Shown here one piece after another: positions 21,849 through 31,577 of a DNA stretch of 64,000 bases. Made by a program: the position numbers and the translations under genes. The stretch covers positions 1,054,001 to 1,118,000 of the forward strand of contig JAUFOR010000008.1 of assembly GCA_040285745.1 (NCBI GenBank). Reading direction: 5' to 3'. This DNA is from Barthelona sp. PCE (Eukaryota). Position 1 is the first letter of the stretch; every line of letters starts with the position of its first letter. The notes under the pieces were generated by a model. It was not told the origin of the DNA, ran no database searches, and saw only the letters and a program-made list of their open reading frames with translations.

Positions 21849-24212
21849 ATGTCCACGCTCAAGATCACCAAGAAAAAGGTAAATGATTGCCTAGTAGCAC
21901 TTATTGGATATCTATTTCTTGAAAGAAGAGGGAAAGATCTCATAACACTGCTGCAAACAATGGAGAAAGAGTCCAAGCGAGGATACAACAGAATTTTACA
22001 AAGGTTTTCAGATAAATTCGACAGTATATTGGACGATTGCAAAATTTATGGTGTTATTCCATTGTTTGAATGTACAGAGCAAGCTTATGATGATTTCAAG
22101 GACGAATATACATTCTTCATCCAATGGTTGATGATGAATATACCGGAATCCACAGAAAAAACTTATGCTTTAGATGAAGATTTCTCAGAAGACCGAATAG
22201 AAGCTTATGTAGGGTGGATTAGTGAGCAATTACCTGAATACTACGATGCAAAGAGCGAGAACATGCCGAAATCCATTAGAGATGAGATATTATCACAGTG
22301 CAAAAGAAAACTAAGAAGTCGTAGTTACATCTTTGCATACCCCCAATTCAAAGAAGAGTTTTGTAATAGGCTTTCCCACTCTTATGTAGATACTGAGATG
22401 GCAGAATTCTGCTATAATTCCCTAGTTGATATGAAGAATACATATAATTGCAAAGGTAAGATTGAGAAGAAATTTTTTGAAGATTATCCGATTCTTGTTG
22501 AAAGCTCCAAACTAATCGATGAGGAAAAGGAAACTGCAATCGATGAGGAAGAGGAAACCGCAATCGAGGATGAAAAGGAAACCGCAATCGAGGATGAAGA
22601 GGAAAGGAAAAGAATGGCGAAATTCGAGACAGAGCAGATGGGCCTTGTCAAGAAAATCCAAGCAACAGATAAGACATCCCGTATACCCTTTGTTGATGGA
22701 AGTAAGAAGGAGGATGCTGCTTTTCCACAGATAATGGATAGTTTAACCCCTAAACTAAAATCAATTTTGTTTGAGAAGTATGGTGAGGCATGTTACATCG
22801 AAAACGATGTGTATAAGCTTGATGTACGCATCGACCAGTTGCTTTTTGATGCGCTCATGGATGCACATTGTTTGCACCAGTCAAGAACTGTCGACGATAG
22901 CATCAAATACAGGGGATGTGGAACAGATATTATTGAAAGTGTGCCACTACAGACGACAGAAGGGCATGGATATCTGGGAGCAGGCTTGTTCGATCAGGAT
23001 CACACGTTGATGGCAGGCTATAAGTCGTACAAGTCAACACACTTAACCTTAAATATTTTCAATAGTGTTTATTCAACAAAGTACAGAACATTCTTCAGCT
23101 CGATGGGTGGAAGGAAGATGGGGTTTAATTTGTTCCATAAAACCCAGAAAGCACTCGGCAAGTATGTCAGGGATGCGTACATTCAATTAGAGAAAGAAAT
23201 GCTTGATCCTAGACTTCCACAATTGGTTTTAGTGGATCCAAACACTTGCCCTGAGACCGAAGAGGTAACCAGAAGCCATATGTGGACGGACATTGAGCTT
23301 CTCTGGCTTTTAAAGGCGAAAAATGATAGCTCTGTTCCTATTTCAGATTACCCACGTTGTGCGTGGTACACATTGCCGTATGGGTGTATTGGGCTTGGAG
23401 ACCACATTGCAACGGTCCTGAAACGTGAGTACAACAACAGAAGATTCATTTTTGATCCCATTCTAAAGCTATTCGTTCCAGTTTCCTTCTATTTGCGCCC
23501 GAGTATTGCAGCTGTCAACGAGATGCTTTCAACACAGTCTATGGCTGACGTGGATGAGGAGGAGAAGCTTGCGGGACTCAGTTCAGTCGTTCAGAATCGT
23601 CTCAGGTGGCGGAGTATGATGGTCTTCCTTTTTAGGGAGCTTGAGATCAAGTGCCCCTTTCATGTGCTCCATCACGGTAGGTTACACATTGATATGTACG
23701 CAAATGCAACTGAATGGCAGAAAAGGAGAAGGAGTAAGCTCTATGATGTTCACCATAGTGATGGCCAAGCAATATGGGGAGATATGTTCTCATTGGGTAA
23801 TGTACAACCCGTTAAGAGGCGTGACTACATAAATCCTTCAGAAATAGAGCATTCAGAGAACGTAAAAAGGAAAAAACGAGTGAAAGAGAGACAACTACAG
23901 ATAGAGAATGCAAAGAGAAAACAAATATTAAAGAAACAAAGAGCAAAAGAAAGGGAAGAATTTGAGTTGGAAGAGGAAAGGGAAAGGAAAGAACTAGAGG
24001 AGGAGACGAAGTCTGCTCCTACACGTGTCCCTGTTGTAGCCAAGCTTGCTCCTGTTCCAGATCGGTTGCAAATGTCCACACTGGTAAGAAATGTTAACTT
24101 ACACGATCGACCAACAGTTGTGCCCTTTGGTACTGGTAACGAAACTGAGGATGATGTGAAGAGAAGGGTTGCATTTAATATGAACTCGGATGAGTCAGAA
24201 GAAGAAATTTAA
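21849..24212 (+). CDS. Orphan 787-aa protein with acidic tandem repeat and C-terminal HNH-like motif
   Basis: Long ORF; (IDEEKETA)x4; YDVHHSDGQAIWGDMFSLGNVQPV motif followed by a basic coiled coil. Confidence 0.6.
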   Translation: MSTLKITKKKVNDCLVALIGYLFLERRGKDLITLLQTMEKESKRGYNRILQRFSDKFDSILDDCKIYGVIPLFECTEQAYDDFKDEYTFFIQWLMMNIPESTEKTYALDEDFSEDRIEAYVGWISEQLPEYYDAKSENMPKSIRDEILSQCKRKLRSRSYIFAYPQFKEEFCNRLSHSYVDTEMAEFCYNSLVDMKNTYNCKGKIEKKFFEDYPILVESSKLIDEEKETAIDEEEETAIEDEKETAIEDEEERKRMAKFETEQMGLVKKIQATDKTSRIPFVDGSKKEDAAFPQIMDSLTPKLKSILFEKYGEACYIENDVYKLDVRIDQLLFDALMDAHCLHQSRTVDDSIKYRGCGTDIIESVPLQTTEGHGYLGAGLFDQDHTLMAGYKSYKSTHLTLNIFNSVYSTKYRTFFSSMGGRKMGFNLFHKTQKALGKYVRDAYIQLEKEMLDPRLPQLVLVDPNTCPETEEVTRSHMWTDIELLWLLKAKNDSSVPISDYPRCAWYTLPYGCIGLGDHIATVLKREYNNRRFIFDPILKLFVPVSFYLRPSIAAVNEMLSTQSMADVDEEEKLAGLSSVVQNRLRWRSMMVFLFRELEIKCPFHVLHHGRLHIDMYANATEWQKRRRSKLYDVHHSDGQAIWGDMFSLGNVQPVKRRDYINPSEIEHSENVKRKKRVKERQLQIENAKRKQILKKQRAKEREEFELEEERERKELEEETKSAPTRVPVVAKLAPVPDRLQMSTLVRNVNLHDRPTVVPFGTGNETEDDVKRRVAFNMNSDESEEEI
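22514..22605 (+). repeat. 24-bp coding tandem repeat, about 3.8 copies
   Basis: aatcgatgaggaaaaggaaactgc / aatcgatgaggaagaggaaaccgc / aatcgaggatgaaaaggaaaccgc / aatcgaggatgaagaggaaa. Confidence 0.95.
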
Positions 24213-24446
24213 TAGCAAAATAAAAACTTTTGAATCTTTAAGTATAAGAAGGATAAATGCTTAAAACTGATACGTGATACAGCTTAAACAATGGTATGAT
24301 AAATAATTGACTAAACAAACCAGCTAGAAAAAACCTGTCACAAAAGTAAAAATTGAGAGTTTGGGGTATTTACAAATCTAAATGCTAGTCGTGCGTGTGA
24401 AGTGTTGCTTTACTTTTAAAAAGGTACGAATAGCTTTAAAAAAGAA

Positions 24447-24793
24447 TTACAAACCACCCCTCAACCTAAGAACGAGATGGAGAGTTGCTTCCTTCTGGAT
24501 GCCGTAATCGGCAAGGGTGCGGCCCTCGTCGAGCTGCTTACCAGAATAAATAAGTCTCTGTTGATCTGCGGGAATACCTTCCTTAGCAGAAATCTTTTGT
24601 TTGACGGATGTGATGCTTTCATTCTGCTCACATGTGATGGCGATGGTCTTCTAGGGGTTAGAACCGGATAAAATACTACAAAAACAAGAATAAATCGTGT
24701 GACTTTAAAAAACGTTGACAGTTAGTTCAAATCACTCTATATTCTTGTTAGAATGGGTCATACACCAGTAAGGGTCTTAACGAAAATCTGCAT
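24447..24793 (-). CDS. Divergent ubiquitin (77 aa) in two exons: 24764-24793 and 24447-24650
   Basis: Spliced translation [77 protein letters not shown]; missed by the ORF track. Confidence 0.95.
24651..24763 (-). other. 113-nt phase-0 spliceosomal intron
   Basis: GTATGA...TTCTAACCCCTAG; removal restores the ubiquitin G10-K11 junction exactly. Confidence 0.93.
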
Positions 24794-25199
24794 TTGACGT
24801 ACAAAGGATGAATACAGTCGAAAAAAATATTGCAAGGTGAATTAAGTTTCTCGACATTCAATGGGTAGCAACGAAGAGCAAACAGCAAAGAAACGAGATC
24901 CCATGGGTCATAAATGCAAAAAGAGAGGGTAGTGGTAACTTTTCGAATGGGCCTTCAACAAGTTGATATATTGTAGGAGCTTCTTGTGAGTGTGAATATC
25001 AGTTTCGGGTAGGCTCTTGAATCAAATATCGCCACAATAGCGGTGAATAAAGTTTCCATTTTCGTATTTGTTATAGTTCACTAATAACAGACTTTCTGCA
25101 TCTTTTATCCGCTTTTACTGGTAAAGAATCCACTTTGCCTCAATGAAATAGAAAGAATCGTATTTTGTGCAATTATTTGTTAAACACTTCTTTTTATTC

Positions 25200-26171
25200 C
25201 TATTTTCTTCCTTGTACAAATAAATATGCGAAAAGAAGAGAAGACAGAACCATGTACCACATGAAACGCTTCCTCTCCCTTTTCAATTGGGACCTTAGTT
25301 CTGCAACACTCCGACTTAACCTGATCTGTTCTTCGAAAACTCCCTCCTCGTCGTGGTCGACTGATTCCGTCTCTAACTTCGATATCTTCTCAATACAAGT
25401 CGTTAATGTGCTGTGAATGGTGGGAATGTCTTGTAATTTTCCAAAAATCAATCCTACATCGTTTTTAAGGGTATTCATCTCGTTCTGCAACGTGTCTATT
25501 GTCTCCTGGTACTCTGTCTTGTGTACTTCTTTAAACTCTTCGTGTTCGCTAACTTCTTCCTCGACTGTCGTTGTTGACTCTTCAACTGCAATTTCATCGT
25601 TAATCAACGTCGATGGCTCCTTGTTTTCAACCGCAGGGGCCTCGAATTGGGCTGCGATTGGACTTATCACATTGCCATACACTGGAATTGGTTCACTCAC
25701 CAACGGTGTTCCTCGAGCAATCGGCATTTCACGATTTGCTGGTGACTGCCTGCTTCTGTCTGCCTCGTCTGCGGGGTGAGCCCTAATCGGTATAGATTTT
25801 AAGGCTCCTGGTTGATAAGTACCATTGTTATAAAAAAGATATACATCCTTTGCTTTTTCGTTAAGTTGCGCTTCCTCTAACACCGGGAAATACATTATTT
25901 TAATGGAGGCCCCCCTCTTCCTGGAATTCGAAGGAAGTCTATTAGTTCTGCTGAAACTGACCTCCAATTTATGCTCCCCTCCACGTTCTATGAATGCACA
26001 GCTGCTGCTAATACGAATGATTGTCTCATCTTTCGGTTTCTTAAGGAACGCTTTAAATACAATGCTGTGATTGGAATTGTTACAAATAGTAAAAGAGTCC
26101 CTCAGCTCGCTAAAGTCGGTTAGCGTAAAGTAAAAGTCAATGGACGTCGAGTCTATTAATACCTCGCCCAT
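25200..26171 (-). CDS. VAP-like protein (MSP domain, coiled coil, C-terminal TM)
   Basis: N-terminal FTICNNSNHSIVFK...CAFIERG MSP-like beta domain, coiled coil, tail anchor FMWYMVLSSLLFAYLF. Confidence 0.7.
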   Translation of the reverse strand: MGEVLIDSTSIDFYFTLTDFSELRDSFTICNNSNHSIVFKAFLKKPKDETIIRISSSCAFIERGGEHKLEVSFSRTNRLPSNSRKRGASIKIMYFPVLEEAQLNEKAKDVYLFYNNGTYQPGALKSIPIRAHPADEADRSRQSPANREMPIARGTPLVSEPIPVYGNVISPIAAQFEAPAVENKEPSTLINDEIAVEESTTTVEEEVSEHEEFKEVHKTEYQETIDTLQNEMNTLKNDVGLIFGKLQDIPTIHSTLTTCIEKISKLETESVDHDEEGVFEEQIRLSRSVAELRSQLKRERKRFMWYMVLSSLLFAYLFVQGRK

Positions 26172-26442
26172 AATATGCCGATATCAAATGAAAAATGTGA
26201 AACAATGCAACTTTAAACTTTAATGTTTCACACTTCTGCAAGTCTGCATTTTTGATATGGTTTTATCTTGTGCAGCCATAGAAAGTTCCTTAAATACCAT
26301 AACAGATGATTCTTTACTACTCTCATTCTTGAATGTGAAATGAAAAGTATTCACGCTCCAAATCCCACCTGTTGCCTAATTTTTGTGCTGCCTGCCTGAA
26401 AAAATCTTGCTTTAAGCAATATTCTCCTCTTCTCTTTCTAAA

Positions 26443-27444
26443 ATGTCTGACATTGAGCAGTCGGGGCGTTTGATCAGTCCAGATCATGTGAAGGTTGAGT
26501 TTGATATCCTCAGGCGGCAACCTAGTTCTGAAAACACATTACACAGTAGACCAACAATTATTAAGGGTGCCAAAACCACAACAGAATTCAATGTATTTGA
26601 CAACACAATGTTTCGATGGATCTTATACATCCTCACGGGCATCCTAATGATATATTTTGTTTTTGCAGCAAAACATTATGATGAATCAGTAATGTACGAT
26701 CATTATATTACTTCAAAGAAGAGTTTCGTACCCGGGAACCTCATGGGAACTCGGTGGCCACGCCTTTTAGCTGGATTGAATGGTGGAGCACAGGATACAT
26801 CATCTTTGGTTTATGCAATAGATAAAGAGGTTATTCAGGTTGGGATCAATCCCGAAATACATGGAATAGTCACTATTGTGAAGTCCCATGCAGAAGCAGA
26901 AGCTGCTGACCGGTTGTTTCAGACCTGCATTGCTGTTGGTTCAAAAGCTTCTTTTCATGTTATTTTTCCATCTGCTCTTCCGATCAATTCGAAACAACCG
27001 CTAGAGAATGCCATGTACAACTACACAACACACAGATCGGATGATCCAGAGCCGTACATCTTTGGCATGTCATTGAAAAAGGTTTTATACCTTCGTAATG
27101 ACACGATTGCAGTCAAAAATCCTGATAACCTCCTGATCTCCGCTAATCCGATCATGTGGGCGTGCGACATAAAGGATAGGAGTGTCGTTAATCCAGTTTC
27201 TTTCGCTGTCAACTCAGGACCTAATGCTTATTATGATTTTTCAAAGATTTATCACGATTACGATGGCAGTCTAGCCGATTCTCTCTTCGCAATGCACTTT
27301 GTTGGTGGGTTCTGGGCGCCCAGTACTGTAGTGGACTTTCTCACGTACGGTAAGGAGTCTCTGTGGTTCAATCAAAAATCAATTTATTTGATCAGCAATA
27401 TCCCACTTGATAGCGACTTTATTCTATTCATCACACATGATTAA
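26443..27444 (+). CDS. Type II membrane protein, degenerate glycosyltransferase family 8-like
   Basis: Single TM (WILYILTGILMIYFVF); KKVLYLRNDTIAVKNPDNLL resembles GT8 KVLYLDAD.LV..NID.LF. Confidence 0.5.
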   Translation: MSDIEQSGRLISPDHVKVEFDILRRQPSSENTLHSRPTIIKGAKTTTEFNVFDNTMFRWILYILTGILMIYFVFAAKHYDESVMYDHYITSKKSFVPGNLMGTRWPRLLAGLNGGAQDTSSLVYAIDKEVIQVGINPEIHGIVTIVKSHAEAEAADRLFQTCIAVGSKASFHVIFPSALPINSKQPLENAMYNYTTHRSDDPEPYIFGMSLKKVLYLRNDTIAVKNPDNLLISANPIMWACDIKDRSVVNPVSFAVNSGPNAYYDFSKIYHDYDGSLADSLFAMHFVGGFWAPSTVVDFLTYGKESLWFNQKSIYLISNIPLDSDFILFITHD

Positions 27445-27458
27445 ACAATTAAATCAAA

Positions 27459-28439
27459 CTACTCTTGGATGATAGGAGCATTGTCAGGCGCTTCTATTTG
27501 TGAAATAATGCTCAGATAGTTTGCAAGTTCCATACCGCCATGATCTTGAACGATCTTGTGAATATCTGCTTTTAGCTTAGAATACTTCTCTGTTTGGCGT
27601 GTATGATGGAACAAATTCAAGAAATCCGCTCCTGTACCTATTAAAACAGGTATATTAGCTTTAATAAGCATATTAGCTTGTAACTTACTAATTTTATCGT
27701 TGTGATAGTTTCTTTGCGCGGTATCGATATGGTGCTTCACTAAGTTCACGAGTCCTTCCGCTAAATCACGTTTAATCTCAATTTCTAAAGCTTCTTTAAA
27801 TCGAAGGTTTCGAATAAGTCCAATGATGCCTGATTCTCCAATAAAAATACTCAATTTCTCGTTTCTCTTCTTTAAACGCTCGATCTGAGTCGGTGTAAGG
27901 CCAGTAGCTTCATTGAAATCTGCCTCACGTAAAGCATCATAAAGCGAGTAGCAAAAACCATCACCGAGCGTAATGTACAACTCATCACATTGGACAGCAA
28001 ACACTGGGCGGCGCTGGCTGGGGACAACGGCGGATGAACTTGATGTGACAGGATCTAAGTTACCTGTTCTAATTTTGCACAAAAACTCGTGTGCCAACAA
28101 CGGATTAATAGCGTTGTGATCTAATAACAGCTTGAAGAACACTGTGAAGAAAGCAAACACCAGAGGATGAACGTTCTCATCCAAAAGGACGGGGTCAAAA
28201 CACTTGAGCACCTCATCCATTAGCTCATCAATTTTCCAGTGGTTGCTGAATGCCAATTCGCCCAAATAACGCACCAGCTCAGCGATTTTATCACGCTGCT
28301 TGCTGAAATCGTCATCATACATGATCTCTCGATCCATGTCAACACTAATGCCCCTTAAGAATGAATCAACGGTCTGAAACAATGCGCGCATCTGCACATA
28401 CAGATCTTCGACGTTACTTGAACTCAATATATCCTGCAT
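27459..28439 (-). CDS. Hypothetical protein
   Basis: 326-aa ATG-initiated helical ORF; no motif recognised. Confidence 0.6.
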   Translation of the reverse strand: MQDILSSSNVEDLYVQMRALFQTVDSFLRGISVDMDREIMYDDDFSKQRDKIAELVRYLGELAFSNHWKIDELMDEVLKCFDPVLLDENVHPLVFAFFTVFFKLLLDHNAINPLLAHEFLCKIRTGNLDPVTSSSSAVVPSQRRPVFAVQCDELYITLGDGFCYSLYDALREADFNEATGLTPTQIERLKKRNEKLSIFIGESGIIGLIRNLRFKEALEIEIKRDLAEGLVNLVKHHIDTAQRNYHNDKISKLQANMLIKANIPVLIGTGADFLNLFHHTRQTEKYSKLKADIHKIVQDHGGMELANYLSIISQIEAPDNAPIIQE

Positions 28440-28498
28440 TAGAGTGTTTTTTTTGATAACACTTTTTCAACCGTTTACAACATACTAATTTCGTTTAT

Positions 28499-29845
28499 AT
28501 GGAGTCAGCCCTGAAGATTGACTACGCAGCATCATTTTGGGATCGCCCTCAACCCACATTAGATCGTTTGCGCGGTTTAAAAAAAATTACCTCTTCATTT
28601 CTAATTCTCTTTGATCAATGTTTTAAAGCAGAGGAGCGATACATTTCATCGCTAAACAAAGCACGTGCGAGTTTTGAACTTGCAATTAAGGATGTACCAG
28701 ATGAAGTTGGCGGTTTTCACATTGTTTTACAAAACTTCGAAACAGATCTTGCCAATCGCATTGATCGACACAAGCAGCTGAAGAATCTCTTTGGAGATCA
28801 GTCGCAGCCTTTGTTAACGAAATGGAAGACAGATATAAAAGCGAAACTCAAGAGCTGGACTCAGTTAGCTAATTCGTGCCTCAGCAACTATATGTCATGT
28901 CGCGAGAGCCTCCTCCGTGCAGAGAAGGCGTTCAATGACCGTAGTGAAGAGCACGAACTGCTGGATATTGAGAAGCAGAAGGTGGAAGTTCTAGGTGGAA
29001 GTGCTGAGCAGAAGAGTGAGGCTCTAAGGAAGCTACAGAATGCTGAGCGCTCCCTGGAGGCGTCCAAAACAAAATACAGCACCGCAATCAGATCAATCCA
29101 GCAAGTGGAGAGCGAGTTCTTCGAGACCATGAACTCGTGGCTTAATGAATTGCAGCAAAGAGAGGGGGAATTCTACGACCAGATCATTGCGCTCCTGAGC
29201 CTGTATCCGATGCTCTTCAAACGCCATAACACCAACGACAGTATCCAAAAACTAGAGGACTGTTTGAGCAACTTTGCGCTTGACGAAGATAGGAACATCT
29301 TTATCTCAAAGCATGCGTCAGGTGCGATGAGACCCATGCCAGCCATCTATGTCCCATACACCCCCAGGCACGAGGGTAAAAGACCGAAGGTGGAGACGAC
29401 TATTGATGAATTTGGAGCAACAACTGTTGTCGCGAATACTTATGAACTAACCGCTGTGGCTGATGAACACACTATTTGCACTGTCTTGTTTGACTGGGAG
29501 GCCGAAAACGAAGGTGATCTCGCACTCGTCCGTGGTGATGAAATTTTACTCCTAAGTAAGAACGAACATGATGACCCTGACTGGTGGTTGGGACAATCGC
29601 AGACGACTGGGCGCAAGGGAATGTTCCCCCGTGTGTACGTCCGTATTGGAGATCTTTCTGAAGCAACTGCTGGGTCATCATTGAAAGCTCTTTTCGATTT
29701 CGCTGCCGAAGGTCCTAACGAACTCACCATCACTGCACATGAGGTGCTGGAGGTGTTAGAGCCCGAAAAAGACGACTGGATCCTTTGCAAAAACTCTTTG
29801 GGTGCCAGTGGATATGTTCCTGTTGACTACGTCCAATTAGAGTGA
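28499..29845 (+). CDS. F-BAR domain protein with two SH3 domains
   Basis: DYAASFW...AEERYISSL F-BAR start and coiled coil; SH3s VLFDWEAENEGDLAL...DWWLG...GMFPRVYV and ALFDFAAEGPNELTI...GYVPVDYV. Confidence 0.92.
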   Translation: MESALKIDYAASFWDRPQPTLDRLRGLKKITSSFLILFDQCFKAEERYISSLNKARASFELAIKDVPDEVGGFHIVLQNFETDLANRIDRHKQLKNLFGDQSQPLLTKWKTDIKAKLKSWTQLANSCLSNYMSCRESLLRAEKAFNDRSEEHELLDIEKQKVEVLGGSAEQKSEALRKLQNAERSLEASKTKYSTAIRSIQQVESEFFETMNSWLNELQQREGEFYDQIIALLSLYPMLFKRHNTNDSIQKLEDCLSNFALDEDRNIFISKHASGAMRPMPAIYVPYTPRHEGKRPKVETTIDEFGATTVVANTYELTAVADEHTICTVLFDWEAENEGDLALVRGDEILLLSKNEHDDPDWWLGQSQTTGRKGMFPRVYVRIGDLSEATAGSSLKALFDFAAEGPNELTITAHEVLEVLEPEKDDWILCKNSLGASGYVPVDYVQLE

Positions 29846-31330
29846 TTGCAAAGCACTTAAATCACAAACAATTTGCTTATCGAGTTCTGCAATGGGGTCG
29901 CTGTTTGTAAGAACAACGTCTGTTCCGAAACGCCTCAACGATTCGAACAACTGAATAGTTTTGCTACGAACCTCGGCTGTTTCCCGCCTGTAAAAATCCA
30001 CACTCTCTTTCGCCAGTATGCGCTCGTCAACGCCTGTCTCCTGACTTAGATCAAAGCAAATTGATCGAATCAAGCCAACAACGCTGCTTGTGTTGCCATC
30101 AAACGGTTGGTGCCTAAAAGATGTGGAAAATGAGTTAATAGCACGCTCCAGTTCTGCGCTTGCCCCCATACGGGTGGTCAGTAGGCGATTTATGAATGAC
30201 ATATGAGAATCTATAAGTCTGCTTTTCAGAGAGTCAAAAACCTCCATACTGACGCAACAGTTCGTCAGCGCTTTCAGTGTTTTATCGGCGCTGCTTGGGT
30301 TTAGGGTGCTTTCTTCACCAAAGAAATACGTTATAAGCGCATATAAAACTGTAAATCTTGTTTCAAAAACTAACTTTGGTTTCAGTGATAACAGAACATC
30401 CATCCTCTTTCCCTGTTCGTATATGGCATCCCAGCATGCTTCTGGGTTGGAAATAGCGCTTACAATCATGTCATCCGCAACAATTTCGAAATACTCAATT
30501 ATTGGCAGTAGTTCCTCAAAACGACAAACGCTCTCGTGTTGGGACAGTTTGTTTGTGCGCACAAAGGAATGGAACGCAGAATATACACCAGGAAATAAAG
30601 CAGCTGAAGGTGAGAAATGAGCGAGACACTTTTTATCCAAAAAACTAACAAATTGGTCACAAAATACACCCATAAATGCATTGGGGACGGCGTATAAGAA
30701 CTCCTGGACTGTTTCCAACATCTTACCAAAATCATCAACTCCAATAGTACTAAACTTCTTCTCTGTCAATTGTTTGAAAGTTTCTCTAACGGCAGAGACA
30801 CTGTTCACCTCCAATAACTGATCCCACAACCGTTTATCGGCCAAATCAGCTACGGAAAAAATTCGAAAATTTCTTCTCAAAAAAGTATCCATCACGTCAG
30901 TAGAGTACTGTTTAGTGCTCAGCAGTGCGAATCTATGTGACATTAGGGCCACGACAAGCTCAGTTGAATTGGAAGGATGACAGCTTGCAGCTTTGGTATT
31001 CATCCTCTTGTCATTAGAGTCTAATATTGCATCAATCATGGACTTACATGTGTCAATGGCGCCCTCGAGGCACACCAGATTATCTCGCATTTGTTGATCT
31101 AAAGCTTCAACATCAATCTTTATAACCGAAAAACTCTTATGAAACGCTCCCAAATCATTAGTTAGAGATATGAACTCCTGGTATTCGCTGTTTGTCAAGT
31201 TTGATGCTCGTTGCTTAACACGTACCTCAAGAAGGTGCAATTTTTTCAATAAATCTTGTGAGCTTTCATTAAAATTCTGTAAAAACGTGGTGGCATCGAA
31301 GCCCTCGTCGAGAAAGGTATCGACTTCCAT
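29837..31330 (-). CDS. COG2: Conserved oligomeric Golgi complex subunit 2-like
   Basis: FLDEGFDATTFL...LTNSEYQEFISLTNDL matches the COG2 N-terminus (LIN.DY.DFV.LS.NL); HFSPS..LFPGVY..F..FV also fits. Confidence 0.65.
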   Translation of the reverse strand: MEVDTFLDEGFDATTFLQNFNESSQDLLKKLHLLEVRVKQRASNLTNSEYQEFISLTNDLGAFHKSFSVIKIDVEALDQQMRDNLVCLEGAIDTCKSMIDAILDSNDKRMNTKAASCHPSNSTELVVALMSHRFALLSTKQYSTDVMDTFLRRNFRIFSVADLADKRLWDQLLEVNSVSAVRETFKQLTEKKFSTIGVDDFGKMLETVQEFLYAVPNAFMGVFCDQFVSFLDKKCLAHFSPSAALFPGVYSAFHSFVRTNKLSQHESVCRFEELLPIIEYFEIVADDMIVSAISNPEACWDAIYEQGKRMDVLLSLKPKLVFETRFTVLYALITYFFGEESTLNPSSADKTLKALTNCCVSMEVFDSLKSRLIDSHMSFINRLLTTRMGASAELERAINSFSTSFRHQPFDGNTSSVVGLIRSICFDLSQETGVDERILAKESVDFYRRETAEVRSKTIQLFESLRRFGTDVVLTNSDPIAELDKQIVCDLSALQSL

Positions 31331-31414
31331 TCACAAAGTTGTGAAGAACGAAGTAAAAAAGCGTAAAACAATAGATAGATTTTATCCCATCATGTATTAT
31401 TTCTTACGTACTTG

Positions 31415-31443
31415 TGCATCCCAAATGTGGGAATGATGCCTAC
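31415..31443 (+). repeat. Left terminal inverted repeat
   Basis: tgcatcccaaatgtgggaatgatgcctac. Confidence 0.75.
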
Positions 31444-31577
31444 TTTACGAATAAACTATAAATATTTGAACAATCTTCCAGTCTCTTAATGCAAAGCGCT
31501 TCAATTTTATTTACAGAATCTAATTTATGGATATAGTATGAGAACGTAACATCAATGATGGTGAACAACTGTCTGTT

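Noticed and set aside
21710-24440. Terminal inverted repeats around the HNH-like orphan gene
   Set aside because: Only a weak gapped match (gtaagaacccc versus ggggtatttac) and no TSD.
28434-28484. Possible intron GTATGT...CTAATGCAG upstream of the 27459-28439 gene
   Set aside because: Branch-point spacing differs from the confirmed intron, and there is no upstream ATG exon before the divergent neighbour.
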